Shown: positions 10,419 to 21,088, counted from the first letter of the stretch. The stretch is 64,000 bases of DNA from Candidatus Oxydemutatoraceae bacterium (GCA_965219575.1 OZ244779.1:2092769-2156768); one strand, 5' to 3'. Made by a program: numbers and translations. Notes: generated by a model not told the origin, from the letters alone.

Positions 10419-11212
10419 TGATGAACAAAACATCACAGCCAAAACCGCTACTTGCAGTCGTCGGGAACGAGTCAACCACCGAGTTGCCTCAAGATCTTTA
10501 TATTCCTCCCAATGCGCTACGGGTATTTTTAGAGACTTTCGAAGGACCGCTGGATTTGCTCCTCTATTTGATCAGACGACAAAATTTAGACATTCTGAGT
10601 TTGCCGATTGCTGAAATCACCGATCAATATATCCGCTATATAGAACTGATGAAACAACTGGAAATAGAACTCGCCGCCGAGTATTTGCTGATGGTGGCAA
10701 TTTTAGCGGAAATCAAATCCCGAATGTTGCTGCCGCGCCACGAACAAGACAACGACGACGACGAGGCAGACCCGCGTGCCGATTTAGTGCGCCGCTTAAT
10801 AGAATACGAGCGCATCAAAAACGCCTCCGAGTCTCTAGCTGCGATGCCGCGCAGCGGACGCGAAACCTACGGATTTGAGATACCTTGCGAAGGATTACAC
10901 ATCGTTAAGCCTTTGCCCGAAGTAGAACTGGAAGACTTGGCAACTGCGTATAGAGAGGCACTGGCAAATATAGCACTCTACCGACGGCACCAAATCACCA
11001 CCGAACCTTTATTGGTGAGCGACCGCATCAACCTAGTCCTCAAATTGTTGGATGCCGAACAGCGCGTTGAGTTCAGAAACTGCTTCGCTGCCGAGGAAGG
11101 GCAAGCCGGTGTAGTTGTTGCGTTTCTAGCCTTGCTCGAACTACTGAAGGCCGACATGATAACGATTGTCCAGAGCGGATTTTGGGCACCGATTTATCTG
11201 CGGAGACGATGA
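10418..11212 (+). CDS. scpA: Segregation/condensation protein A
   Basis: FEGPLDLLLYLIR and FLALLEL motifs; trpS-scpA-scpB-rluB order. Confidence 0.95.
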   Translation: MMNKTSQPKPLLAVVGNESTTELPQDLYIPPNALRVFLETFEGPLDLLLYLIRRQNLDILSLPIAEITDQYIRYIELMKQLEIELAAEYLLMVAILAEIKSRMLLPRHEQDNDDDEADPRADLVRRLIEYERIKNASESLAAMPRSGRETYGFEIPCEGLHIVKPLPEVELEDLATAYREALANIALYRRHQITTEPLLVSDRINLVLKLLDAEQRVEFRNCFAAEEGQAGVVVAFLALLELLKADMITIVQSGFWAPIYLRRR

Positions 11213-11871
11213 TGCCGATAACCGAAAAGCATCAATTGAAACAAATAGTAGAAGCCCTGCTGATGGCATCGGCACGCCCCATTAACCTCGGGGAAATGAG
11301 AAAACTACTGCGCGAAAACGGCAAATTGCCGGATGCCGAACTGCTCAAAACGGTATTGAAAGACTTAAGCGAAGATTGTGCGGATCGCGGTATAGAATTG
11401 ATCGAGGTCGCCTCGGGCTATCGTTATCAAACACGCGCCGAACATGCACCGTGGTTGACAAAATTATGGGAATATAAGCCGCCGCGTTATTCCAAAGCAT
11501 GTCTCGAAACTTTGGCACTCATTGCCTACCGGCAACCGATCACGCGTGCCGGTATAGAGGAAGTGCGCGGTGTTTCGGTCGGCACCGGCACGATACGCAC
11601 CTTAGAAGAGCGCGGCTGGATAAAAATAGTTGGACACAAAGAAGTACCGGGCAGACCTGCACTCTATGCCACGACACAAGACTTTTTGGATGATTTCAAT
11701 ATCCGTTCGATAGCCGAATTACCGGAAGTAGAGAGTGTCGAGGAAGTTACGGCAAAAAATCCTCAGCTGATGCTACCCGTTGCCGTCGATGCTTTGCCTC
11801 TCGCCGCTCAAGATGCCGAACATCTGTCGGGATCGAACGATAAACCCGATAGCCCGACCGAGAGAGGATAG
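11209..11871 (+). CDS. scpB: SMC-Scp complex subunit ScpB
   Basis: LETLALIAYRQPITRA.IEEVRGV, PGRPALYATT. Confidence 0.95.
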   Translation: MMPITEKHQLKQIVEALLMASARPINLGEMRKLLRENGKLPDAELLKTVLKDLSEDCADRGIELIEVASGYRYQTRAEHAPWLTKLWEYKPPRYSKACLETLALIAYRQPITRAGIEEVRGVSVGTGTIRTLEERGWIKIVGHKEVPGRPALYATTQDFLDDFNIRSIAELPEVESVEEVTAKNPQLMLPVAVDALPLAAQDAEHLSGSNDKPDSPTERG

Positions 11872-11883
11872 ATAAACACCGTT

Positions 11884-12621
11884 TTGCAACAAAGATTACA
11901 AAAACTATTAGCCGATGCGGGTGTCGGTTCGCGACGGCGGATAGAGCACCTCATTGCCGATGGACAAATCAAAGTCAACGGTAAAGTTGCCGACCTAGGT
12001 AGTAAAGCAAGCCACAACGATCGTATATTAATCTCGGATAAAGAATTCAATGTATCGGCATATCCGGATCACCGAGTACTCATCTATCACAAACCATTAG
12101 GTACCGTAGTCAGCCGTAGCGATCCCGAGTCGCGCAAAACCGTATTTGAAAATTTACCCAAGCTGAAAAATAGCCGTTGGATATCGGTAGGTAGACTCGA
12201 CATCAATACCTCCGGTTTGCTTTTATTCTGCACCGACGGGCAACTTGCACATCGCCTAATGCACCCGTCGAGTGAAATAGAGCGCACTTACTCGGTGCGT
12301 GTACTAGGAAAGGTTTCCTCCGTTGCCCTAAATAATTTGCGCAGCGGCGTGAGACTGAAGGACGGTATCGCTTGTTTTAAGCGAATAAGCGTGCGCTATG
12401 ACTCCAAGCAGAGACTTTGGTATAAAGTGGTCGTTGCCGAAGGCCGCAATCGTTTGATTAGACGACTATGGTCGAGCCAAGGCTTAGTCGTCGGTAGACT
12501 GATACGCACCGGTTTCGGTCGGTTTGAATTGCCCGATAATTTGTCCGTAGGCGCATATAGACCGATGACCGAAAAAGAACTCGGACATCTTTATCGAATG
12601 GTCGGATTAGCCTTGCCATAA
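11884..12621 (+). CDS. rluB: 23S rRNA pseudouridine synthase (RluB/RsuA family)
   Basis: S4 domain RLQKLLADAGVGSRR, GRLDINTSGLLL, EGRNR; TTG start. Confidence 0.88.
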   Translation: MQQRLQKLLADAGVGSRRRIEHLIADGQIKVNGKVADLGSKASHNDRILISDKEFNVSAYPDHRVLIYHKPLGTVVSRSDPESRKTVFENLPKLKNSRWISVGRLDINTSGLLLFCTDGQLAHRLMHPSSEIERTYSVRVLGKVSSVALNNLRSGVRLKDGIACFKRISVRYDSKQRLWYKVVVAEGRNRLIRRLWSSQGLVVGRLIRTGFGRFELPDNLSVGAYRPMTEKELGHLYRMVGLALP

Positions 12622-12660
12622 TTGAATTATGGCATTATCATAAAATAGGTAACAACCGAT

Positions 12661-14514
12661 ATGGACTCAAAAACCGAAACACAAATGGAAGAGAAAACCA
12701 AATTTTCAGGTGCCGAAATCATTATTCGGACACTTGCGGATATGGGCGTCGATACGATTTTTGGGTATAGCGGCGGGGCGATATTGCCGACTTACGATGC
12801 GATATTTCTCTATAACGAGGCGCACCGCAAAGATCGGGGACGCGACCCGATCAACCTCATCGTTCCCGCCAACGAACAAGGCGCGGGTTTTATGGCGGCG
12901 GGTTATGCGCGCGCCAGCGGGCGACCGGGTGTTGCGTTGGTAACCTCGGGTCCGGGCGCAACCAACAGCGTGACTCCGATACGAGATTCTTTTGCCGATT
13001 CGGTACCTATGGTGCTCATCTGCGGACAAGTGCCGACCGCAGCGATGGGAACCGATGCTTTTCAAGAAGCACCTATCGTCAATATCATGTCGTCGTGTGC
13101 CAAGCATGTATTACTTGTAACCGACCCCGAAAAATTAGAGGCAACCGTTAGATCCGCTTTTGAAATTGCCGGTAGTGGTCGTCCCGGTCCGGTGGTAGTC
13201 GATATCCCCAAGGACATACAAAATTGGCAAGGGTTCTACGACGGTAATACGAAGTTAAATTTACCGGGCTACAAAGCGAGAGTGGATAAAGTCATGCAAA
13301 ACTACATACAACCCCAACATGTCAAGAAATTTTTCTCTTATTTAGACGCATCCAAGCACCCGCTACTCTATGTGGGCGGCGGCATTATAAACTCCGATGC
13401 ATCGGAGGCCTTGCGGGCTTTCGTAAAACGCTATCGTATCCCGGTGGTGACCACCTTGATGGGCATCGGGTCGGTCGACACCACCGACGAGCTCAGTCTG
13501 CATATGCTGGGCATGCACGGCACCGCTTATGCAAATTATGCGGTTGAAGACTGCGATCTATTAATTGCGGTCGGTGCGCGTTTCGACGATCGCGTTGCCG
13601 GTCGTCCGGATGCCTTCGCACCTTCGGCAAAAGCGATACTCCACATCGATATAGACACCGCCGAAATCAATAAGGTCATGACGGTCGATTGGTCCCACAA
13701 CGGCGATGCACGCACGGTGTTATCCGATCTGATGAAGCACGACGACGGCTTCTCCAAAGATTACCGCGAATGGCACGCACATATTGCGCGCCTAAAGCAA
13801 AAGCACAAACTCGACTACGACCACAACAGCAAATTGGTACAACCGTACGAAGTGCTGGAGATACTGAACGAATTAACCTGCGGTGAAGCCATCATCACGA
13901 CCGGTGTGGGACAACATCAAATGTGGGCAGCGCAATATCTAGATTATAAACATCCCAGAAGCTGGCTCACTTCGGGGTCTATGGGGACGATGGGCTTCGG
14001 TTTGCCGGCTGCGATAGGCGCGCAGTTCGCCTGCCCCGATAAACTGGTCTGCGACATAGACGGCGACGGCAGTTTGAGGATGAATATAGGCGAACTGGAG
14101 ACGGTTATTACCTATGACTTGCCGGTGAAAATACTATTGCTCAATAACTACGGCGACGGTATGGTACGGCAATGGCAGAAAACCTTCTTCAAAAACCGCT
14201 TTTCGGGAAGCGACAAATCTCTATTTCGTAAAGACTTCGTGCAAGCGGCCAAGGCGGACGGTTTTCCCTTCGCCAAACGTATCGACAAGCGAGAACAACT
14301 AAGAGCCTGTATCGAGGAATTCGTAGAGGCGAAGACACCCGCATTTTTAGAAGTCATCATAGATCGAGATGCCGGTGTCTACCCGATGGTTAGTCCGGGG
14401 GCAACTTATAGACAAATGATTACCGGTGATTATATCCGTGGCCGCAAAGAAGACGAATATCTATCCGAAGAGGAAGAAATCGTAGACCCGGTTAGCAACC
14501 CGAATGCCTTTTAA
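12661..14514 (+). CDS. ilvB: Biosynthetic-type acetolactate synthase large subunit
   Basis: TSGPGATN, DAFQE, MLGMHG, RFDDRV, GVGQHQMW, GTMGFGLPAAIGA, GDGS..N motifs. Confidence 0.85.
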   Translation: MDSKTETQMEEKTKFSGAEIIIRTLADMGVDTIFGYSGGAILPTYDAIFLYNEAHRKDRGRDPINLIVPANEQGAGFMAAGYARASGRPGVALVTSGPGATNSVTPIRDSFADSVPMVLICGQVPTAAMGTDAFQEAPIVNIMSSCAKHVLLVTDPEKLEATVRSAFEIAGSGRPGPVVVDIPKDIQNWQGFYDGNTKLNLPGYKARVDKVMQNYIQPQHVKKFFSYLDASKHPLLYVGGGIINSDASEALRAFVKRYRIPVVTTLMGIGSVDTTDELSLHMLGMHGTAYANYAVEDCDLLIAVGARFDDRVAGRPDAFAPSAKAILHIDIDTAEINKVMTVDWSHNGDARTVLSDLMKHDDGFSKDYREWHAHIARLKQKHKLDYDHNSKLVQPYEVLEILNELTCGEAIITTGVGQHQMWAAQYLDYKHPRSWLTSGSMGTMGFGLPAAIGAQFACPDKLVCDIDGDGSLRMNIGELETVITYDLPVKILLLNNYGDGMVRQWQKTFFKNRFSGSDKSLFRKDFVQAAKADGFPFAKRIDKREQLRACIEEFVEAKTPAFLEVIIDRDAGVYPMVSPGATYRQMITGDYIRGRKEDEYLSEEEEIVDPVSNPNAF

Positions 14515-14554
14515 TATTGTTATACCGTCGCTTGTCCGATTAGGACACGCGAGG

Positions 14555-14602
14555 GGCTGTTGAAAATAGAACCATCGATTGACCTACCGGTTCAATCGGT
14601 GG
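14555..14602. repeat. Short repeat module C (TIR plus CTAC-loop hairpin)
   Basis: GGCTGTTGAAAA followed by CCATCGATTGA-CCTACCGGT-TCAATCGGTGG. Confidence 0.8.
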
Positions 14603-14731
14603 CTTTATCCTATAAAAAACCGACGGAAAAACAGGTTTAGGATTATGATACAATATGTCCAAAACACACTTTGCATTAAAAATAAACAATAATATCTCAT
14701 TGGGGTTACACATTAAAATAGGAGACAGATA

Positions 14732-16387
14732 ATGAACGGAGCAGAACTTTTTATCCGCTGCCTTGAAAACGAGGGCTTAGAGTATATATTCGGTATTCCG
14801 GGAGAAGAAAACATCCATCTAATGGATGTATTGCTGGATAGCCCTATAGAATTTATTTTGACTCGCCACGAGCAGGGGGCTGCATTCATGGCCGATGTTT
14901 ACGGGCGTCTGACAGGTCGTCCGGCAGTCTGCATGGCAACTTTGGGTCCGGGTGCTTCGAACTTGGTAACCGGCTTTGCCGATGCCAACATGGATAATGC
15001 ACCGATTATTGCGGTAGCCGGACAAGGTGCGACTACCAGAATGCATAAGGAAAGCCATCAAATTCTGGATTTGGTCAGCATGTTTCGGCCTATTTCTAAA
15101 TACAGCATCGGAATTCGTGCACCCGAAGTGATACCCGAAGTAATTCGTAAGGCGTTTAAGGTTTCAAAAGCCGAGAAACCGGGTGGATGTTTTATCGATA
15201 TGCCGGAGAATATCGCCGCAGCCGAAGTTGCGGGACGAGAACCTTTAGCGATTAGAGATGTGACGATTCGGATAGCACGAACCGATTTGATCGACGAAGC
15301 CGCCGAGGTGATAGCCAAAGCCAAATTCCCTATCGTGATGGCGGGCAACGGGGTAATCAGAGGAGACGCTTCCACCCAACTTATGAAGTTTACGGAAACT
15401 CTGAATATCCCGACGGTCAATACCTTTATGGCCAAAGGTTGTATGCCGTTCTCGCACGAACTCAGCATCGGCACGGTCGGCTTGCAAGCGCGCGATTATG
15501 CCACTTGCGGCTTTGAACGCGCCGATGTGGTAATCTGCGTAGGCTATGACATGGTTGAATACCACCCTTATTTGTGGCATCCCGATAAAAACAAACACAT
15601 TATACATATAGACGCAACACCTGCCGAAGTAGACGAGCACTACAACGCCGAGTATAGAGTGCTCGGTGATATCGCTTCGTCGCTCGAACAGCTTACCCAG
15701 GCCGTCCTCGATAAAGGCGGCACCAATACGAATTATAGTTCCAGTTATAGAGAAACCTTGAAAACGATGATCGAGGAAGATTTCTGGGCTTGTGCAAACG
15801 ACACCGGCTGTCCGGTAAAGCCCCAAAAAATATTATGGGATGTACGGCAGGTACTAGCTAACGAAGATATACTCATCTCCGATGTCGGCGCGCATAAAAT
15901 GTGGATTGCCCGTATCTATCAAGCCGAGGCTCCGAATACTTGTATCATTTCCAACGGTTTCGCCTCTATGGGTATCGGCGTGCCGGGTGCCATCGCCGCC
16001 AAGATGATTTGTCCCGAGCGTACGGTGCTGACCATCACCGGCGATGCCGGGTTTATGATGAACTCACAAGAATTGGAAACGGCGATGCGTTATAACATAC
16101 CGATTATCGTGATGATTTGGAGAGACGACGAATACGGGCTGATAAGGTGGCATCAGCAAAAGGCTTTCGGTCGAGCGAGCCATATCAGCTTTAATAACCC
16201 CGATTTTATCAAGTACGCGGAGAGCTTCGGTGCCAAAGGTTTTCGCGTAGAAGATGCCAAGGATTTACAAGCGGTCATCAAAGAAGCCCGAGACTGCGGT
16301 ACGGTTGCAGTGATCGACTGTCCGGTAGACTATTCGGTCAATATGCAATTTACCGAAAAGATGGGAAAACTCGTATGCCCGATTTAA
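14732..16387 (+). CDS. Acetolactate-synthase-like ThDP enzyme, candidate 2-oxoglutarate decarboxylase
   Basis: MNGAELFIRCLENEG..YIFGIPGEEN, RHEQGAAFMADVYGRLTG, SDVGAHKMW, NTCIISNGFASMG; overlaps an aldehyde dehydrogenase gene. Confidence 0.8.
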   Translation: MNGAELFIRCLENEGLEYIFGIPGEENIHLMDVLLDSPIEFILTRHEQGAAFMADVYGRLTGRPAVCMATLGPGASNLVTGFADANMDNAPIIAVAGQGATTRMHKESHQILDLVSMFRPISKYSIGIRAPEVIPEVIRKAFKVSKAEKPGGCFIDMPENIAAAEVAGREPLAIRDVTIRIARTDLIDEAAEVIAKAKFPIVMAGNGVIRGDASTQLMKFTETLNIPTVNTFMAKGCMPFSHELSIGTVGLQARDYATCGFERADVVICVGYDMVEYHPYLWHPDKNKHIIHIDATPAEVDEHYNAEYRVLGDIASSLEQLTQAVLDKGGTNTNYSSSYRETLKTMIEEDFWACANDTGCPVKPQKILWDVRQVLANEDILISDVGAHKMWIARIYQAEAPNTCIISNGFASMGIGVPGAIAAKMICPERTVLTITGDAGFMMNSQELETAMRYNIPIIVMIWRDDEYGLIRWHQQKAFGRASHISFNNPDFIKYAESFGAKGFRVEDAKDLQAVIKEARDCGTVAVIDCPVDYSVNMQFTEKMGKLVCPI

Positions 16388-17844
16388 CCGAACAAGAAAA
16401 CAACATGAAAACGATAGAACCCTTACTGCTCGACGGAAAGGCATGCGACTATATAGAGGTCACACAACCGTGGGATGAGCAGGCTATTGCTCGCATAGGC
16501 TTGGTAGATCGTGATACCGCACTGGGCGCACTCGATGTTGCGTATAAAACTTTTTGCGACAAGCGTGCTTGGTTGCCGCGTACGCAACGCATAGAAATAA
16601 TAGAAAAAGTCTGCTCTTTGCTTAATAAACGCAGAGATGAACTTGCAACACAGGCAGCCGCGGAAGGCGGCAAACCGTTGGTCGACTCAAAAGTTGAATT
16701 AGACAGAGCGGTGATATCTTTGCAGAGTTGTGTCGATTATCTGCGTAGTGTCGACGCCGACGGCAGGCGCATCACCATGGATATCAACGCCGCGTCTCAA
16801 GGACATCTCGCTTTTACTATCAAAGAACCACGCGGCGTAGTTGTAGCATTCAGCGCATTCAATCATCCGATGAATTTGATCGCCCATCAGATAGGTCCGG
16901 CGATTGCTGCGGGATGTCCGGTAATCGTAAAACCGGCTGCGGTAACGCCGTTGTCGTGCTTCGCCTTGGTAGAATTATTTTATGAGGCGGGATTGCCGCG
17001 CGCATATTGCCAAGCATTGTTGAGCGACAATCACCGAACCTCCAATGAATTAGTCTCCGATCCGCGCCTGTCGTTTTTCAGCTTTATAGGTAGTGCGAAA
17101 GTGGGCTGGTCCTTGCGCTCGAAACTACCCGAAGGTGCCGGTTGCGCGCTGGAACACGGCGGGGCGGCACCGGTGATTATTATGGACGATGCGGATTTGG
17201 ACGACAACCTGCCGCGTCTCGCCAAAGGAGGCTTCTATCACGCCGGTCAAGTTTGCGTATCGGTACAGCGCGTATACGCGCACCGCACCGTTGTCGATAC
17301 AGTGGCAACACGCCTGGCCGAGCTGGGAAAAGCAATGAAAATAGGAGACCCTACCGAAGCGGATACCGAAGTAGGTCCGCTAATCAAGCGTAGCGAAGTA
17401 GACCGAGTTGACGATTGGGTGCAGCGTGCCGTCGCCGACGGTGCAAAGCCCGTGTCCGGCGGCAAACGTTTTTCGGATACCGCCTACGAATGTACGGTAC
17501 TACTCAATCCTTCGGATACCGCAGAAGTTAGCTGCAAGGAAGTATTCGGACCGGTGATTTGCGTATACGCCTTCGACGATGTAGACGATGCACTACGTCG
17601 TTCGAACGCGCTGCCTTTCTCGTTTCAAGCTGCGGTGATTACTCGCAACATCGATAACGCATGGTATTGCGCAAAACACCTCAATGCAACTGCGGTCATG
17701 ATTAACGAACACACTGCTTTTAGGGTGGATTGGATGCCTTTTTCCGGACGCATGCACTCGGGGTATGGAACCGGCGGCGTTCCGTACACCATAGAGGAGA
17801 TGCAGCTGGAGAAAATGCTGGTGATGCGCTCTAAGCATCTATAA
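16375..17844 (+). CDS. NAD(P)-dependent aldehyde dehydrogenase
   Basis: FIGS, LEHGG (catalytic Glu), AGQVCVS (catalytic Cys), EVFGPV. Confidence 0.93.
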   Translation: MPDLTEQENNMKTIEPLLLDGKACDYIEVTQPWDEQAIARIGLVDRDTALGALDVAYKTFCDKRAWLPRTQRIEIIEKVCSLLNKRRDELATQAAAEGGKPLVDSKVELDRAVISLQSCVDYLRSVDADGRRITMDINAASQGHLAFTIKEPRGVVVAFSAFNHPMNLIAHQIGPAIAAGCPVIVKPAAVTPLSCFALVELFYEAGLPRAYCQALLSDNHRTSNELVSDPRLSFFSFIGSAKVGWSLRSKLPEGAGCALEHGGAAPVIIMDDADLDDNLPRLAKGGFYHAGQVCVSVQRVYAHRTVVDTVATRLAELGKAMKIGDPTEADTEVGPLIKRSEVDRVDDWVQRAVADGAKPVSGGKRFSDTAYECTVLLNPSDTAEVSCKEVFGPVICVYAFDDVDDALRRSNALPFSFQAAVITRNIDNAWYCAKHLNATAVMINEHTAFRVDWMPFSGRMHSGYGTGGVPYTIEEMQLEKMLVMRSKHL

Positions 17845-17846
17845 AA

Positions 17847-19136
17847 ATGATTGTAGATCACAGAAGGGGATGTGATTTTGGTTTATCGAGCGATTGCATT
17901 TCACAAGAAGCACTCAAAGTAGTAAAAGTCTTACAAAAAGCAGGCTACAGTAGTTATATCGTAGGCGGCGGAGTACGCGATCTATTGCTCGGCAGACAAC
18001 CTAAAGATTTTGATATCGCCACTGCGGGACACCCCGAAAAAATTCGCCGCCTATTCAAACATTGCAGACTGATCGGCAAACGGTTTAGACTGGCTCATGT
18101 AATCTATAACAGACACATATTTGAAGTGGCAACATTCAGAGCCAATCACTCGAACAAAGCGCGAGATAATCTGCCGATTAAAAAATGGTGTGTCGCCGAT
18201 GATAACAAATACGGCACTCTGGAGGAGGACTTGGTGCGGCGAGATTTCACTATCAATGCAATGTACTACGACCCTTTCAGCGACGAACTGATATGCCATC
18301 CGAGAGCAATATCCGATTTGGAGAATCGATGCCTTCGTGCAATCGGCAACCCGTTACAACGCTATCGGGAAGATCCGGTACGAATTTTGAGAGCCTTGCG
18401 CTTGGCAACCAAGCTCGACTTAAGCGTGGAAACCGAAACCGAAGCACAGATTATTCCAAACCGTATGTTACTAATGAACATGCCGCATGCTCGTTTGTTC
18501 GAAGAGTGCAAAAAGTTATTTTTCTGTGGTTCGTCACTGAAACTTTTTCAACAACTCGAACACTTCGGATTATTTGAATTACTATTCCCTCAAACTGCGG
18601 ACGCAATGAAAAATCACCGAAAAACCGAAGCTTTTAGGCACTTCTTAGAGCTTCTGTTCGATGCGACCGACAGGCGAATCGCTTTATCGGAGCCGGTGAC
18701 ACCGGCATTTATACTCGCCGGTTTATGGTGGCTACCGGTGTATATCGGAGTAGGAAAACATTCCGGGAAAAGATACAGTCTTGCTAGAATCAGGGAAAAA
18801 GAGGTCGGCAAGGTGGCTATGATACAACGTTCACGCATCGCTATACCCAGATATATACTCAACATCGTATACGATATATATAATTTACAACCCCATTTCG
18901 GTAGCCGAAATAAAAAAGAAATCAACCAATTAATTAATGCGCATCGTTTTCGTGCCGCTTATGACTTTTTAGGCTTACTCTCCAAAGCCGGACTAGCCGA
19001 TGTGAGCAGTTACGAATGGTGGAAAAAATTTCAACAACTCAACAAGAAACAACGCGATTTAATGATAGCCGACAAAACCAAAAAGCATTATAAATACAAA
19101 TATCACAAACATACAAGACAAAGCGTGCAATGTTAG
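17847..19136 (+). CDS. pcnB: Poly(A) polymerase I
   Basis: VGGGVRDLLL..PKDFDIAT, LIGKRFRLAHV, RRDFTINA, EDPVRILR, RFRAAYDFL. Confidence 0.95.
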   Translation: MIVDHRRGCDFGLSSDCISQEALKVVKVLQKAGYSSYIVGGGVRDLLLGRQPKDFDIATAGHPEKIRRLFKHCRLIGKRFRLAHVIYNRHIFEVATFRANHSNKARDNLPIKKWCVADDNKYGTLEEDLVRRDFTINAMYYDPFSDELICHPRAISDLENRCLRAIGNPLQRYREDPVRILRALRLATKLDLSVETETEAQIIPNRMLLMNMPHARLFEECKKLFFCGSSLKLFQQLEHFGLFELLFPQTADAMKNHRKTEAFRHFLELLFDATDRRIALSEPVTPAFILAGLWWLPVYIGVGKHSGKRYSLARIREKEVGKVAMIQRSRIAIPRYILNIVYDIYNLQPHFGSRNKKEINQLINAHRFRAAYDFLGLLSKAGLADVSSYEWWKKFQQLNKKQRDLMIADKTKKHYKYKYHKHTRQSVQC

Positions 19137-19630
19137 CGGCGATTGCATTGGGTGCAAACTTAGGGTCGCCCACTACCACCTTAAGCGCAGCGATTAAGAA
19201 GGTATCGCGCCTGCCGGCGAGCAGATTAATCGCTCGTTCGAGTTCGTACCGTAGCCGTCCGCAAGGGCCGTTGAGACAACCCGATTATATCAATAGGGTG
19301 ATACTGATAGAGACTTGTTTGGCACCGCTCGCACTGCTCAAGCACCTACAAAGTATAGAACGAAAATTCGGACGGCAGCGCGGTGTGCGCCAAGGACTAC
19401 GCTGGGGACCTAGAAATATAGATCTCGATATCATCGCTTACGGCAATAAATCTATACATGGCAAAAGGCTGATCGTTCCTCACCAATCCGCCGACAAACG
19501 CCTTTTCGTGCTTAAACCGCTTGCCGAAATCGCCCCCCGATTATCGCTTCCGGGCAAAGGGAAAGTCTGCGATCTGTTAGCTGCGCTGGGGGATGATGGA
19601 ACATGTCGAAGAATTCACAATGTCGGCTGA
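19130..19630 (+). CDS. folK: 2-amino-4-hydroxy-6-hydroxymethyldihydropteridine diphosphokinase
   Basis: IALGANLG, RWGPRNIDLDI, FVLKPLAEI. Confidence 0.95.
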   Translation: MLAAIALGANLGSPTTTLSAAIKKVSRLPASRLIARSSSYRSRPQGPLRQPDYINRVILIETCLAPLALLKHLQSIERKFGRQRGVRQGLRWGPRNIDLDIIAYGNKSIHGKRLIVPHQSADKRLFVLKPLAEIAPRLSLPGKGKVCDLLAALGDDGTCRRIHNVG

Positions 19631-20288
19631 GAAAAGAATAGATTACCTCGCTATCGAAGGCCCTATCGGGGTCGGAAAAACCAGTCTCGCCGCTAAACTT
19701 GCAGAGGATTTCTCTGCCGAACTATTACTCGAACAAGTAGACGAAAATCCGTTCTTGCAACAATTTTATAAAGATATTAAAAATTTCTCTCTACCCACAC
19801 AACTGTATTTTTTGTTGTCGCGTGTAGAGGCACTACAAAAATTACGGCAAAGAGAGGTATCGAGTTCGATGATAGTGAGTGACTTTTTACTGCAGAAAGA
19901 TCAACTATTCGCCCGTCTTTTATTAGACGACAAACAGCTTGATCTTTACCGAAAGATATACGAAAACCTGCATATCCCCGATATCAAAGCCAACCTAGTC
20001 GTTTATCTGCAGGCACCGGTATCGGTGCTGATCGAGCGTATACGAAAGCGCGGGCGAGACTTCGAGAGACCCATAGATGCCGAGTATCTCAACCATCTGA
20101 ACAACGCCTATCTTGATTTCTTCTACCATTATAAAGACTCTGCGGTGTTAATCGTCAACACCACAGATGTCGACTTTATAAACGACAACGATGAATACTA
20201 CAGACTTAAAGAACACATTCTGAATGTAGAATCGTCAAAATGCTACTATAATCGACCACTTTACGAATTGCAGAAACATGGAAAATAA
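19620..20288 (+). CDS. Deoxynucleoside kinase
   Basis: IEGPIGVGKTS P-loop, ENPFL, RIRKRGRDFE; usual folK-dNK-panB context. Confidence 0.9.
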   Translation: MSAEKRIDYLAIEGPIGVGKTSLAAKLAEDFSAELLLEQVDENPFLQQFYKDIKNFSLPTQLYFLLSRVEALQKLRQREVSSSMIVSDFLLQKDQLFARLLLDDKQLDLYRKIYENLHIPDIKANLVVYLQAPVSVLIERIRKRGRDFERPIDAEYLNHLNNAYLDFFYHYKDSAVLIVNTTDVDFINDNDEYYRLKEHILNVESSKCYYNRPLYELQKHGK

Positions 20289-21075
20289 CCACGATAGCAA
20301 AATAACGTTGGCTACTTTGCAACAAATGAAGGCCTCGCATCAACCGATTGCCTGCCTCACCGCTTACGATGCTTCTTTCGCCCGTATCATAGACGATGCC
20401 GGTGCCGATCTCGTGCTGGTCGGAGATTCTCTGGGAATGGTAATACAAGGTCATGCAACGACCGCTAAGGTGACTATGGACGATATGGTCTATCATTGCC
20501 GGTGCGTTGCTCCCCATATAAACCGAGCATTCTTCGTTGCCGACATGCCTTATGCAAGCTATTCGTCGGTTGATTTAGGCTTGCATAATGCGCTGCGTTT
20601 GATCGACGAAGGAGGTGCCGAAATGGTGAAACTCGAGATAGTATCGGATACCAGCGTAGATGTGACACGAGCACTCGTCGATAAAAAAATACCGGTATGC
20701 GCACATATCGGTTTCTGCCCGCAAACACTCTCCGACACCGACTCGCCTTACACTTCCGGCAAGCCGAAAGTAGCAAGCAACACGGTGTTGCAGCAAGCGA
20801 CCGATTGCATAGCCACAGGTGTCGATTTGTTATTGGTCGAATGTGCCGCCAAACACTTAGGCAAGCAAATTAGTTCGATGGGTGATGTGCCGGTCATCGG
20901 CATCGGGTCGGGGGTTGATTACGACGGACAAATCCTCGTGATGCACGATGTCCTGGGAATTAGCAGTCATCCGCCTAAATTTGCCGAGAATTTTCTAGTC
21001 GACAAAGACTCCGTATCGGCGGCGTTTACAGCTTATATACGAGCGGTCAAAACAAAGCATTTTCCCCCACCTTGA
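20278..21075 (+). CDS. panB: 3-methyl-2-oxobutanoate hydroxymethyltransferase
   Basis: LTAYDA, LVGDSLGM, ADMP, IGIGSG..DGQILVMHD. Confidence 0.96.
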   Translation: MENNHDSKITLATLQQMKASHQPIACLTAYDASFARIIDDAGADLVLVGDSLGMVIQGHATTAKVTMDDMVYHCRCVAPHINRAFFVADMPYASYSSVDLGLHNALRLIDEGGAEMVKLEIVSDTSVDVTRALVDKKIPVCAHIGFCPQTLSDTDSPYTSGKPKVASNTVLQQATDCIATGVDLLLVECAAKHLGKQISSMGDVPVIGIGSGVDYDGQILVMHDVLGISSHPPKFAENFLVDKDSVSAAFTAYIRAVKTKHFPPP

Positions 21076-21088
21076 CTTCGTCCTTATC

